Notes: generated by a model not told the origin, from the sequence alone. Positions 36,492 through 46,510 are shown, counted from the first letter of the stretch. The stretch is 64,000 bases of DNA from Candidatus Latescibacterota bacterium (GCA_965208105.1 OZ242318.1:3648001-3712000); one strand, 5' to 3'. Numbers and translations: made by a program.

Positions 36492-39400
36492 ATGTACAAA
36501 GGGAGCAAGTCTTTACTCCTATTGTTTTCTATCTCCTTACTAGTTGGTATAGGAGCAATAGGTCCGAATGAAGCTGTTGCTCAAAGCACTCCTGGAGTTA
36601 CAGCAACTAGTCCCGCTGCCGGTTATACGTCAGATGACGAAATAACAGAGGGCGGAAGCGAAGATTACACACTGGTGTTGGATTCGCAGCCGACGGGTGA
36701 TGTGACGATAACGATAACTGTGTCGGATGCGGCAGATGTCAACCCGCACGGAATTACGGTGGATCCGATGGAGTTGACGTTTACGCGGGATAACTGGAAT
36801 GAAGCGCAGACAGTGACCGTGAGTGTGGCGGAAGACGATAATGCGGACGACCCAACCACTACGACGTTGACATATGCGATAAGCGGCGCGAATTACGGAG
36901 CGGTAACCCTGACTGCCCTGAGCGTGGATGTCACGGACAACGACTCACGGGGCGTTTTGGTGGATCCGGCGACTCTTTCGGTCGCTGAAAATGGGAGCGC
37001 GACTTATGATGTATGGTTGACTTCCGCGCCTATAGGTGACAACGTCGTGGTCATAGACGTGGGCGGTGCCTCGGATCCCGTGACGGTGGATACGGATAGA
37101 GGCACGGCAGACAATCAGACCACGTTGACCTTTACAGCGGACAACTGGAACCAGCCGCAGACGGTGAGGGTGGCGGCAGCGGAAGACGATGATGCAGATA
37201 GTGAGGAAGTAACGCTGACTAATTCCGCTGGCGGTATTCTCGAGGCTAGTCAAACTGCCGACCCTGGTTATACCTCGGCTGCAACGGCCAGTGTGACTGT
37301 CACCGCCGAGGACAATGATCTGGGCATGGTAGTAGTGACTCCGACGTCGTTGTCGCTGGAGGAAGGTGGGGCCAACAATACCAAAACCTTCGATGTGGTG
37401 TTGGCTTCGGACCCGGGATCTGACATAACAGTGACAGTGACAGTGCCAGATGCGGCGGCGGATGATCCCCCCCACGGGGTTACCGTTGACACGGATGCGA
37501 CAACTGACGGCCACCAACCGGGCGCAACGACAACATTGACATTCACGGCGAACACCGGAACCGCGCCGAATATTGTGACGGGCACCTGGGGCACAGCGCA
37601 GAAAGTGTCGCTGGCCACCGCCGACGACCTTGACGCCATGGATGCTGAGGTAGAGGTGGCGGTTACCATCGAATCCGGCGGCTCTACCACCTACCCGGCC
37701 GGAATGGATATAGATGACGTTACGGTGATGGTGGTGGATGATGACGACGAGGGCTCGGTGGTGGTATCTTCAAACGCGCTTAGTATCGATGAAGGCGGGA
37801 CCAGCACTTATACCGTGGAATTAGGGGGAGAGCCGACATCGCCTTCTGCTGTGGTGACGGTCACCATCGCGTCGTCTTCAGGAGAGCTGAGGGTCGTATC
37901 AAATGGAGTAATGACCTTCACGGATGCTAACTGGAACACTCCGAAGACGGTGACAGTGATTGCAGATGAGGATGCTGACGCGGTTATGGATGATGATGTA
38001 ACGCTGACGCATGCGGTTACGGTGGATGACGGTGGAGCATCAACAGGCAACTACGCTGGTGTTGATGCTGAAGAAGTTATGGTGACGATCGCGGAGAACG
38101 ATGTAGCAGGTGTGAGTGTGACGTCTGCGACATTAGAAATCGTTGAAGGCGCCGAAAAGACCTACACGGTGGTGCTGGATTCGGAGCCGTCGGATAACGT
38201 GACCGTGGAGATCACCTCCAGTAGTGATATGCTCACAGCAGATCCGTCAAGTCTGAGGTTCACGGCTGGTGACTGGAGCACTGCGCAGACGGTGACGCTT
38301 TCGGCAGGGCAGGACGACAACGCGGACCCGAATCCTGATGCGGTTCTGACCCATGACGCCAGCGGTGGCGACTACGATAATGTCGCTGATGTGACGATAA
38401 CGGTGATGATCGAGGAGGATGACGCCGGCGCGGTAGTTGACACAGACCCGGCGATGGACGGTGGGCAGGACGAGTTGTCCATCGAGGAAGGTAAGAGCGG
38501 GACCTATACTGTGGCGCTAGTTTCTAACCCGGGCGGGAACGTGACAGTGACGCCTGTGGCTCCAAGTGGCGCGGACATACAAGTGAGTCCGGCGTTTCTG
38601 ACGTTCACGACCAGTACTTGGGGAGCACCACAGACGGTAACCGTGAAAACGACGGCAGATGCCGATGCGGCCTCAGATGAGGATGTGGTCATCGCCCATC
38701 AGGTCGCTGCTCCGGATGGTTACGAGCTCACCGTGCCGGATGTGACGGTGATGATCACCGAGCTCAACACCCGGTCTGTGACTGTGGCGCCGACGGCTTT
38801 GACGATCACCGAAGGCCAGAGTGGAACCTACTCAGTTGTGCTGACTTCGGAGCCGACCGGCCCGGTAAGTGTGTCTCCCACGGTTCAACCGGGCACGGAC
38901 GTGTCACTGAGTTCGGCGACTCCTCTTCCTCTCACTTTCTCTGCCAGCAATTGGAACCAGCCCCAGATGGTGACGGTGAATGTGGCCCAGGACGACGATA
39001 CGGCCACAGATCCCGCGGTGGTGCTGAGCCACCGGGTGACAGGTGGAGATTACGGTGATCCGGATGGCGATCCTGCTACAGATGACGCTGTGGCGGCTGC
39101 CTCCGTCACGGTGACGATCATGGACGACGACACGCCGATGTTGACCATAGCTCCGACGGCACTGACCGTTGCTGAAGGCGGAAGTGGCACCTACACGGTG
39201 GTGCTGCCGCAAGCGCCTACGGGCGATGTGACGGTGACGGTGACCGGCGCGACGGGTGACGTGACAGTTGCTCCGACCAGTCTGACCTTCACCACGGCAA
39301 ATTACAATACGGCGCAGACGGTGACGGTGAGCGTTGGCGAGGACGACGACGGGGCCACGGACCCGAGTGTGACCCTGACGCACAACGTTGCGGGAGGCGG

Positions 39401-42400
39401 TTATGACGCTTCGGGGTCGGCCGCTCTGACGGTGACGGTGGCAATTACGGAGAACGATGCGCCAGCAGTGACGGTGTCGCCAACGGCGCTGACCCTCGAT
39501 GAAGGCGGGGCGGCAAAGAGCTATACGGTGGTTCTTGCCACTCGACCTTCGGGTGATGTAACGGTGACGGCGACGGCTTCCGCAAAAGTGCAGGTGAACC
39601 CTGCGAGTCTGACCTTCTCCACAAGTAACTGGAACCAGGCGCAGGCCGTAGAGGTAAGCGCCGCGGAGGACGATGACTCTGCCAATGATGAGGTGACCTT
39701 GAAGCACGCAGTGAGCGGCGGAGGCTATGATGCCGTGACTGCGGCCGACGTTATGGTTACTGTTACCGATAATGACCAGCCGGGGGTCCGGGCGAGTCTT
39801 GCAACCTTGTCGATTCTGGAAGGCGAGAGTGGGACTTACACGGTGGTCCTGGCGACCCAGCCCACAGGAGATGTGACCGTGACTCCGGTGGTTCCATCGG
39901 GCACGGACGTCACAGTTGATCCGACCAGTTTGACCTTCACCACGGGAAATTGGGGCACGGAGCAGACTGTGAAGGTAAGCGCGGCGGCTGACGTCGACGA
40001 AACCACCGATGCGGTCGTGACACTGACCCATACGGTGAGCGGCGCCGACTACGCGCAAGTCACAGGCCCTGAAGTGGCTGTAGGTATCAGAGAAGCATCG
40101 TTGGTTGTTAGCGCACAGGTTGCAGAAGTGACCATCAGTGTCCCCGATAGTGGAGTTGTAAGGGGCATTGACTCCGTCCTGACGGCTACCGTGAGGGTCC
40201 TCGATGTTCCGCGGACCCCCGGCCTTGAGGTCGTTATGTACCTCGTAGCCGGTGACAAGGCCGACACGGTGGTAACTGAAAACACCTCCGTCGTCAGGGC
40301 CTTTGACCCCGAAGGCAAATCCTTCGAAAGGGCCGCCACTTCGGCTGAAAGACAAGCAGAATTGGATTTGGTTGAGGCGGCTGTCGGAAAATCCTTGGTG
40401 GCCGCCCACGAAGACAGGAGGCCCTCGGGCGGAGGTATCGCTGCCGGTGCGGGTCTCGTAGCCGTTCGCAAGGCAGTAAATAATGACAAGTCGGTCTTCA
40501 GCACCACCTTTACCGGCGATGCCGACTCGGTTGTTACAAAGGACGTCACCAACGGCGTCCAGTTTACCTGGGAGGTAAAGGTTTCATCTCAGGTCTCCGA
40601 AGTGAAGAGGGTGCGCGTCGCTGCCTTTGTGGTTAACAGAGAAGGCGATGGCGCCGTCGGGGGCGTGAAGATTTCGAAAGCAAGTCAACAGTTCAGCCTT
40701 GACGGCGATCGGCCCATGAACCCCCATGCCTTCGAGAATACGACTGCGAACGGCGCCTTGGAAGAAGACGCCATCGTGGTCACGAATGGCAACCGGGGTG
40801 TGGGAGGCTTCGAAAGGGGAGCCACCACAGTCCTTGGTATCGGCGATTCGCTGTACATGCGTCTCAAGTTAGGACCCGATGTGGCGGCCATACTTGGGGA
40901 CGGCTCCAAATTGGATGTGGCTGCCGTCGTCTTCGGCAAGACGATTGCCGTAGACAGGAGCAACAGGGAATCGGGCAGTGACGTCGTCGAGTTGGACCTG
41001 ATTTTGAAAGAGGATATGTTCGGCTCCGGGACCGAGGGGTGTTGTGCTGGTGACGCGGCTAGTGCGGCCACCGACACTCTCAGGTTTGTATATGTGGACG
41101 GGGCGGGGAACCTATCCGGTGATGTAAATGGTCCTGTCGGAGGAGCCAAAGCTACGACAAACTTCCTCATCGACACCAAAAAGCCCGTGCTGGATGGCCT
41201 GGCCAAAGGCGAGGGCGACACAATTATACCGGTGAGTAACGACACTATATCGGACGGGACCCTGAATGCTGGCTTCCCCAGCGATACCAATACGGTGATC
41301 TGGAAGCTTGCAGAACCTCTGGACAGTCTCTTCATCACCTTTGATGGTGCGGATGTAGATGCCAGTATCAGTATTCCGAACAAGACCTCCAGCATCGGCG
41401 ATCCTGCGTTGCGGAGGGGTTTTGATCGCATCCTTGATTTCACCGAGTTGGGAAATTTGCCTACTGATGACGACTCGGTGCGCGTTCTCATGGTCGATGC
41501 CGATGGGAAAGAAGTCGCTGTGGCCGGGTATAACGGAGGCGACGCCAGTGTTTCCTATAAGCAAAGGCCCGGAGTCAAGGACAATACCGACTCCCTGCTG
41601 ACCGGTCTCCATACTCTCAAGTTGAAGGGTAGGGATTTCGGAGGCAATCTTGGTCCTGAGCTGGAGCGCGAAAATGTCTACGTTGACGTGGACGATATCC
41701 AGTTCGGTCGCTTGTTCCCGACCAAGGCGGGATTCGGCCCAGTCGATAAGGAACGTGTCGACGAAATCAATGCAGAGACTGCTGCAGTGACCTTCCATTT
41801 GAGCGAGCCGGCCGACAGCGTCCTTATTACTTACAAGGGCATTGAGGGCCCGGATGAGGATGGTGTGCGCACCCGGCGTCTGTCGGGCACCGAGTTGATG
41901 CGCACCGATGGCGCTCAGTCGTTCGTGGTGGACTCACTGGAGCACGGTACCAAGTATCAGTTGACGGTGCTGGGCCGCGACATAGCTGGTAACTTCACCA
42001 TGGCCGGTCCGGATACCTTCCTTTATAACACGGATGCCGTGATACCCACGATCAGGCGTTTCGCCGTAAAGGCGACCCGCGGCGGGGACGCTGCCTTGCC
42101 TATCGGCCTCACGGACACCAACCATGTGCCTGCCGGCGGCAAGGTCCTGCTGACCCTTATGGCTGATGCGACTGCTGAGGACGGGATCCCGGCGGTCACC
42201 TATAAGTCTGACGCCATTCTCAAGGTCGACATTGTCGGTTCCACCGCCGCCACCACCGGTATTGCCTTGGAGGGAACCGGTGTCGAAGACATGGGTGGTG
42301 GTCGGGCGGTCCTGAAGGGTCTGGATTGGGTTACCGGCAGCCGAACCGTAACCCTGACCGATTCGGCGACCATCGAAACCTTGATGGTCTCCATCGTTGA

Positions 42401-44768
42401 TTCGACCACCGATGGCGGACCTTTTGCCGGCAGGCTGGATTCGGCCATCGTCTACGTGCCGGAGGCTTACACCCAGATCGTGGTCAGCGCCCCCGATACG
42501 GTGAACCAGGGCGAGGACTTCTGGGTAGGTCTCACCCTGGGCGACAAGTTCGGGAATCAGCGCGCCCAGGATGAACGCCACGTCAGCATCTCGGCTAACA
42601 AGCTGGGGGTTGAGCTGTCGGCGGACATCCAGCTCGTCAAGATGGGCAGCGGCGGTTTCTTTGCCAACAGCGGCAGCTATGCCGGAGAAGGATTGGTCTT
42701 CACGGCGAGGGATCTCATCCCCTCATCTGATGATGACGGTAATGAGTATTTCATCGACGGAGAATCCAATTCCATCTATGTCAGGAGCCCCATCGAGGTT
42801 GTCGCTGGACAGGTTGACCGGCCGGATACCCTCATCGTCGAGGACTACACGGGCGCTGACGGGGCCGGTGACCAGGGCGGCTTCCTGTTGCTGACCTGGG
42901 CTCTGTCCGATCATCACACCTCCGATGGCGTCTATCGTATCTATCGCGAGGTGAGCGTCAACTACGACGCTCCCGGTGAGGATGATACAACTGGGGTTTC
43001 CGTCGTGGAGTTGGAATCTCCCACCATGGTCGCTCTGCCGTGGGCCAAGGTCGACATGATTCCGGGCGAGACCATCGGCCGGGCCATCGTCGCCACCCTT
43101 GACAATGTTGCTACCAGGTGGTTCGTCGCGGCGGAAATCGGCGCGGCAACAAGCGCGAGGGGGAAGCATGCCTTCTCGGACCGTTCCAGCTTCCTGTCGC
43201 CAGAGGATCCCATGGGCGAATCCATGGTTCCGGGGATGGCCGCGCTCGCTTCGGCCAGCGTCGCCTCTCCCTACGAGCTCATGGCCAAGACCATGGTAGT
43301 CAGCAAGCAGGCTGGCCTGGTCGATCCCGACGCTCCGGTCATCGCCACCTTGACACCTGAAGCGCTGGCCTATATGCAGAATGGGGTAGCCCCGCGTTTC
43401 AAGGAAACCGGGGGCGAGGTCCGGTCCTCGGAGTTGACCCCCTCGGCCGAGGAGGTCCGCGCTGTGGACAACATAGCGCCCGAGCCGATTACCACCCTCC
43501 GGGTCCTGGACACCCCGGATGACGCTGGCGCCAGCGTTGACGTGATTTGGACCATCTCCGCGTCGGATATGCTGGTTCCGCGCAGCGCCGCCGGTGCCGT
43601 GGGCAGGGCAGGAGTCGGTGATCTTGCTCCCGGCGTGGTCGGCTACAATGTCTACCGCAAGGAAGGCAATGGAGAGGTCGCCCTCATCGGCAAGGCCGAG
43701 GCCGGGATGACAATCTTCAGTGATGTCACCGTCCTCAACGGCGTGCGCTACACCTACCAGGTGAGCCCGTTCGACGACGACAACGTCGCCCATTCGGAGC
43801 TTGAGGGCACGGCCATGGCAATTCGCAACAAGGTGTTCGACAAGTCCGGCACTCCGATCTACGGCCTCTTCGGTCCGGACCAGAGCGTCGGATTCGACGA
43901 CTTCTTCATCTTCGCTGATTTCTTCGGCCTCGATGCCAGCAGCGAGGGCTACGATCCGGCCTTCGATCTTAGCGGCAACAATAAGATCGACTTCGACGAC
44001 TTCTTCGTCTTCGCCGACAACTTCGGCCGTAGCGTGGAAGCCGCCGGGAAGGCCGTTCCCACCCTGGCTGCCGGGATGAACCCCGAGGCCAGCCTCTTCT
44101 TCGATGCCGTAGTGGAATTGCCGCGGGTCGGAGAAGAGATGGTGATCGACCTCGGTCTGGCCGACTTTTCCGAACTCAAGGGCTACGGTTTCACCGTCAA
44201 TTTCGACAGTGACCACCTCGAGTTCGTCAAAGTCCTCGGCGGCGCCAGCCTCCTCGGCGAGTCCGAGTTGGCCCAGCCGCACCTCGTCGCCCAGGCTGAT
44301 GGCGAGGTCTCCATCGCTGCCTTCGGGCAGACGGTCGACAAGGGCGAGTTGGACATGCGCCTGGTCTTCCGTCCGACGATGGAAATCGAAGACAGCCGAA
44401 TCTACTTCAGCGAAGGTCAGTTGCGCGATGGCAACTACGGGGTCAACCAGGTAGCCCGACTGGGCGAGGTCCAGATTCAGACCCGCCCGGAGGTCTTCTC
44501 CCTGGCTGACAATTATCCCAACCCGTTCAACCCGGAAACCACCATCAAGTACGCGCTGCCCGAGGCAGTCGACGTACGGCTGGACATCTACAACATGCTC
44601 GGCCAGATGGTGCGCACCATGGTCGCGGAGAACCAGAGCCCCGGCCGGTACGTGGTGCGTTGGAGTGCTACCGATGACAGCGGCAACGACCTGTCGACCG
44701 GGATTTACTTCTACCGCCTGCGGGCAGGAGATTTCCTGGAAACCAAGAAGATGCTGCTGCTGAAGTAA
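36492..44768 (+). CDS. Giant secreted surface protein (~2758 aa): 10 Calx-beta/cadherin-like repeats, Ig/FN3-like middle, dockerin-like EF-hand pair, cohesin-like domain, FlgD/T9SS-type CTD
   Basis: SD GGGAGG then ATG 36492; signal peptide ending AVA-Q; repeats EG..TYTVVL..P..V.V...LTFT..NW...QTVTV...DDD; GFDDFFIFADFFG / DFDDFFVFADNFG; KGYGFTVNFD; NYPNPFNPETTIKY...GIYFYRL...KKMLLLK. Confidence 0.88.
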   Translation: MYKGSKSLLLLFSISLLVGIGAIGPNEAVAQSTPGVTATSPAAGYTSDDEITEGGSEDYTLVLDSQPTGDVTITITVSDAADVNPHGITVDPMELTFTRDNWNEAQTVTVSVAEDDNADDPTTTTLTYAISGANYGAVTLTALSVDVTDNDSRGVLVDPATLSVAENGSATYDVWLTSAPIGDNVVVIDVGGASDPVTVDTDRGTADNQTTLTFTADNWNQPQTVRVAAAEDDDADSEEVTLTNSAGGILEASQTADPGYTSAATASVTVTAEDNDLGMVVVTPTSLSLEEGGANNTKTFDVVLASDPGSDITVTVTVPDAAADDPPHGVTVDTDATTDGHQPGATTTLTFTANTGTAPNIVTGTWGTAQKVSLATADDLDAMDAEVEVAVTIESGGSTTYPAGMDIDDVTVMVVDDDDEGSVVVSSNALSIDEGGTSTYTVELGGEPTSPSAVVTVTIASSSGELRVVSNGVMTFTDANWNTPKTVTVIADEDADAVMDDDVTLTHAVTVDDGGASTGNYAGVDAEEVMVTIAENDVAGVSVTSATLEIVEGAEKTYTVVLDSEPSDNVTVEITSSSDMLTADPSSLRFTAGDWSTAQTVTLSAGQDDNADPNPDAVLTHDASGGDYDNVADVTITVMIEEDDAGAVVDTDPAMDGGQDELSIEEGKSGTYTVALVSNPGGNVTVTPVAPSGADIQVSPAFLTFTTSTWGAPQTVTVKTTADADAASDEDVVIAHQVAAPDGYELTVPDVTVMITELNTRSVTVAPTALTITEGQSGTYSVVLTSEPTGPVSVSPTVQPGTDVSLSSATPLPLTFSASNWNQPQMVTVNVAQDDDTATDPAVVLSHRVTGGDYGDPDGDPATDDAVAAASVTVTIMDDDTPMLTIAPTALTVAEGGSGTYTVVLPQAPTGDVTVTVTGATGDVTVAPTSLTFTTANYNTAQTVTVSVGEDDDGATDPSVTLTHNVAGGGYDASGSAALTVTVAITENDAPAVTVSPTALTLDEGGAAKSYTVVLATRPSGDVTVTATASAKVQVNPASLTFSTSNWNQAQAVEVSAAEDDDSANDEVTLKHAVSGGGYDAVTAADVMVTVTDNDQPGVRASLATLSILEGESGTYTVVLATQPTGDVTVTPVVPSGTDVTVDPTSLTFTTGNWGTEQTVKVSAAADVDETTDAVVTLTHTVSGADYAQVTGPEVAVGIREASLVVSAQVAEVTISVPDSGVVRGIDSVLTATVRVLDVPRTPGLEVVMYLVAGDKADTVVTENTSVVRAFDPEGKSFERAATSAERQAELDLVEAAVGKSLVAAHEDRRPSGGGIAAGAGLVAVRKAVNNDKSVFSTTFTGDADSVVTKDVTNGVQFTWEVKVSSQVSEVKRVRVAAFVVNREGDGAVGGVKISKASQQFSLDGDRPMNPHAFENTTANGALEEDAIVVTNGNRGVGGFERGATTVLGIGDSLYMRLKLGPDVAAILGDGSKLDVAAVVFGKTIAVDRSNRESGSDVVELDLILKEDMFGSGTEGCCAGDAASAATDTLRFVYVDGAGNLSGDVNGPVGGAKATTNFLIDTKKPVLDGLAKGEGDTIIPVSNDTISDGTLNAGFPSDTNTVIWKLAEPLDSLFITFDGADVDASISIPNKTSSIGDPALRRGFDRILDFTELGNLPTDDDSVRVLMVDADGKEVAVAGYNGGDASVSYKQRPGVKDNTDSLLTGLHTLKLKGRDFGGNLGPELERENVYVDVDDIQFGRLFPTKAGFGPVDKERVDEINAETAAVTFHLSEPADSVLITYKGIEGPDEDGVRTRRLSGTELMRTDGAQSFVVDSLEHGTKYQLTVLGRDIAGNFTMAGPDTFLYNTDAVIPTIRRFAVKATRGGDAALPIGLTDTNHVPAGGKVLLTLMADATAEDGIPAVTYKSDAILKVDIVGSTAATTGIALEGTGVEDMGGGRAVLKGLDWVTGSRTVTLTDSATIETLMVSIVDSTTDGGPFAGRLDSAIVYVPEAYTQIVVSAPDTVNQGEDFWVGLTLGDKFGNQRAQDERHVSISANKLGVELSADIQLVKMGSGGFFANSGSYAGEGLVFTARDLIPSSDDDGNEYFIDGESNSIYVRSPIEVVAGQVDRPDTLIVEDYTGADGAGDQGGFLLLTWALSDHHTSDGVYRIYREVSVNYDAPGEDDTTGVSVVELESPTMVALPWAKVDMIPGETIGRAIVATLDNVATRWFVAAEIGAATSARGKHAFSDRSSFLSPEDPMGESMVPGMAALASASVASPYELMAKTMVVSKQAGLVDPDAPVIATLTPEALAYMQNGVAPRFKETGGEVRSSELTPSAEEVRAVDNIAPEPITTLRVLDTPDDAGASVDVIWTISASDMLVPRSAAGAVGRAGVGDLAPGVVGYNVYRKEGNGEVALIGKAEAGMTIFSDVTVLNGVRYTYQVSPFDDDNVAHSELEGTAMAIRNKVFDKSGTPIYGLFGPDQSVGFDDFFIFADFFGLDASSEGYDPAFDLSGNNKIDFDDFFVFADNFGRSVEAAGKAVPTLAAGMNPEASLFFDAVVELPRVGEEMVIDLGLADFSELKGYGFTVNFDSDHLEFVKVLGGASLLGESELAQPHLVAQADGEVSIAAFGQTVDKGELDMRLVFRPTMEIEDSRIYFSEGQLRDGNYGVNQVARLGEVQIQTRPEVFSLADNYPNPFNPETTIKYALPEAVDVRLDIYNMLGQMVRTMVAENQSPGRYVVRWSATDDSGNDLSTGIYFYRLRAGDFLETKKMLLLK
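36640..40090 (+). repeat. Ten divergent ~110-130-aa intragenic domain repeats
   Basis: Counted by the recurring (L/M)xF(T/S)...W/Y...Q/KxVxV...D-rich motif in the translation; nucleotide identity between units is only patchy. Boundaries are approximate. Confidence 0.8.
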
Positions 44769-44777
44769 GCTGGTTGT

Positions 44778-44831
44778 ACAGATGTGGGACGGGGTCCTTT
44801 CGAGGATTCCCGTCTCACATCTGTTTTTTTT
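44778..44831 (+). terminator. Rho-independent terminator
   Basis: ACAGATGTGGGACGGG-GTCCT-TTCG-AGGAT-TCCCGTCTCACATCTGT followed by a T-run. Confidence 0.85.
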
Positions 44832-44899
44832 ATCTATTGCTCAGTTGCGGTAATTTCTCACCTACCTTTTGAAATCCACTGAAGAGAGGAGCATCGCTC

Positions 44900-46447
44900 A
44901 TGCTTGATCGTGTGCACAAAGTCGCGTGGCTCGCCACCGCATTTGTGCTCGTGGGGAGCGGGGCCGCCTTCGCCGGCGAGAATGCGAATGCGGAGGTCTC
45001 CCTCACCAGCCCGGTTGAAGTCTCAGGTGTAGGGCCCGGTGCGGAGGTAACCGTGGCTCTTTCTGCGTCCGGTCTGGTAGGAGCAAAGCAGATTGCCTGG
45101 ACTGTAGAAGTCTCGGATGCCGCCCATTTCGATTTCGGCGTTTACACGGCCGAAGGGGCCGACCCCGCAAACTACATCACCCCGCCTCCCGGCGCCTTCG
45201 GGGCCCAGTTCACTGGACCGGAGTATCCCGAGGGGGAAGATGATCAGCTCAAGGTTGCCTTCGCTTACCTTCAAGGTGACGGCCTGAGCGGGGAGAGCAC
45301 GCTTGGTGAATTGAAGCTGGTGACATCTTCCAGTTTCACCACCACCACCGAGGCCACCATCACCGTGGTTGAAGTTACCCTGGGACAGAGCTCCGAGGAC
45401 TGGAACGTGTTCGACGCCGAGGCCCTGGGCCTCAGCATCACCGTCAATCCGCCGGCGCCGCCGGTGGTGGAGCCCACTTTGACGGCGACCACTCCCACCG
45501 ACGCCTCTCTCTCTTATGGTGAGAGCGTCGCTTTCGGCATCAACTTCACCGACCAGAGCGGAGGCGCAGCCTCGGGCCAGGCCATAAGCTGGACCATCGT
45601 CAACAACGGGTCCGAGTCGGTCTTCGTCCTCGGTCAGGAGATCACCGCCGGCAGCACCGTCAGCGTCGATCTCGCCACCGACAACAACGGTAACTCCGGT
45701 GGCGTGATCAGCGCCGAGGGGGACCGCACCGCGGGGACCACCAGCATCTCGGTGACAGCGGCCACCAGCGCCGACAATTCCGAGGGAGCCTCCCGCGACC
45801 TGTCGGTGAACTTCAGCGCCACCTGGGACGTGCCCGTCGCCGCCGAGCTCTCCAGCTTCGCTGCCGACGTCACCCTGTCCAACGAGGTGATCCTGCGCTG
45901 GGGCGTGGTCTCCCAGTCGAACAACCTGGGGTGGGAAATCTACCGCAGTGTGGACAACATCCACTTCGAGCAGGTGGGAGACCTGGTTCCCGGTGACGGG
46001 ACCTCGGACGAGTTCAAGGTCTACACCTTCGAAGACGGTGACCTGCCCGCTGCCCAGGTCCTCTACTATTATTTGAGGCAGATCGATCTGGACGGCAGCT
46101 CGAGCCGGTCGAGGGTGCTGGAGGTTCAGGTGGCCAATCCTACCGTCGTCGAGCAGGCCCTTCCTTTGGCCAATGCGCTGCACCAGAACTATCCCAATCC
46201 GTTCAACCCCGAGACCACCATCGCATTCGAGTTGAACGAGGAAGCGGTGGTGAGCCTGATTATTTACGATATGGCCGGTCAGGTGGTTCGCGAGCTCGCC
46301 GCCGAGCATGTCTTGGCCGCTGGGCACTACAATAGGCTCTGGGACGGCCGCGACGACAACGGCGACCGGGTGGGAAGCGGAGTGTACTTCTACCGCCTGG
46401 GAGCGGGTAATTTCACCTCGGTGAAGAAGATGATTCTCCTGAAGTAA
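44900..46447 (+). CDS. Secreted protein: cohesin-like N-domain, Pro linker, Ig-like domain, PVxxELSSF FN3-like domain, FlgD/T9SS-type CTD
   Basis: SD GAGGAG; signal peptide ending AFA-G; PPAPPVVEP linker; VPVAAELSSFAA...LRW...NNLGWEIYRS...YYYLRQIDLDG; QNYPNPFNPETTI...WDGRDDNGDRVGSGVYFYRL...KKMILLK. Confidence 0.85.
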   Translation: MLDRVHKVAWLATAFVLVGSGAAFAGENANAEVSLTSPVEVSGVGPGAEVTVALSASGLVGAKQIAWTVEVSDAAHFDFGVYTAEGADPANYITPPPGAFGAQFTGPEYPEGEDDQLKVAFAYLQGDGLSGESTLGELKLVTSSSFTTTTEATITVVEVTLGQSSEDWNVFDAEALGLSITVNPPAPPVVEPTLTATTPTDASLSYGESVAFGINFTDQSGGAASGQAISWTIVNNGSESVFVLGQEITAGSTVSVDLATDNNGNSGGVISAEGDRTAGTTSISVTAATSADNSEGASRDLSVNFSATWDVPVAAELSSFAADVTLSNEVILRWGVVSQSNNLGWEIYRSVDNIHFEQVGDLVPGDGTSDEFKVYTFEDGDLPAAQVLYYYLRQIDLDGSSSRSRVLEVQVANPTVVEQALPLANALHQNYPNPFNPETTIAFELNEEAVVSLIIYDMAGQVVRELAAEHVLAAGHYNRLWDGRDDNGDRVGSGVYFYRLGAGNFTSVKKMILLK

Positions 46448-46469
46448 GCCGCTCCCTCGCTTGGACTGT

Positions 46470-46510
46470 AAAAGGCCGTCGGGTTCTCCAGGAGGATCCG
46501 ACGGCCTTTT
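46470..46510 (+). terminator. Rho-independent terminator
   Basis: AAAAGGCCGTCGGGTTCTCC / GGAGGATCCGACGGCCTTTT inverted repeat right after the stop. Confidence 0.8.

Noticed and set aside
36640-40090. Possible CRISPR array or DGR-type repeat pair
   Set aside because: Repeats are degenerate, in-frame protein domains of ~350 nt, with no identical short repeats with spacers and no cas or reverse transcriptase gene.
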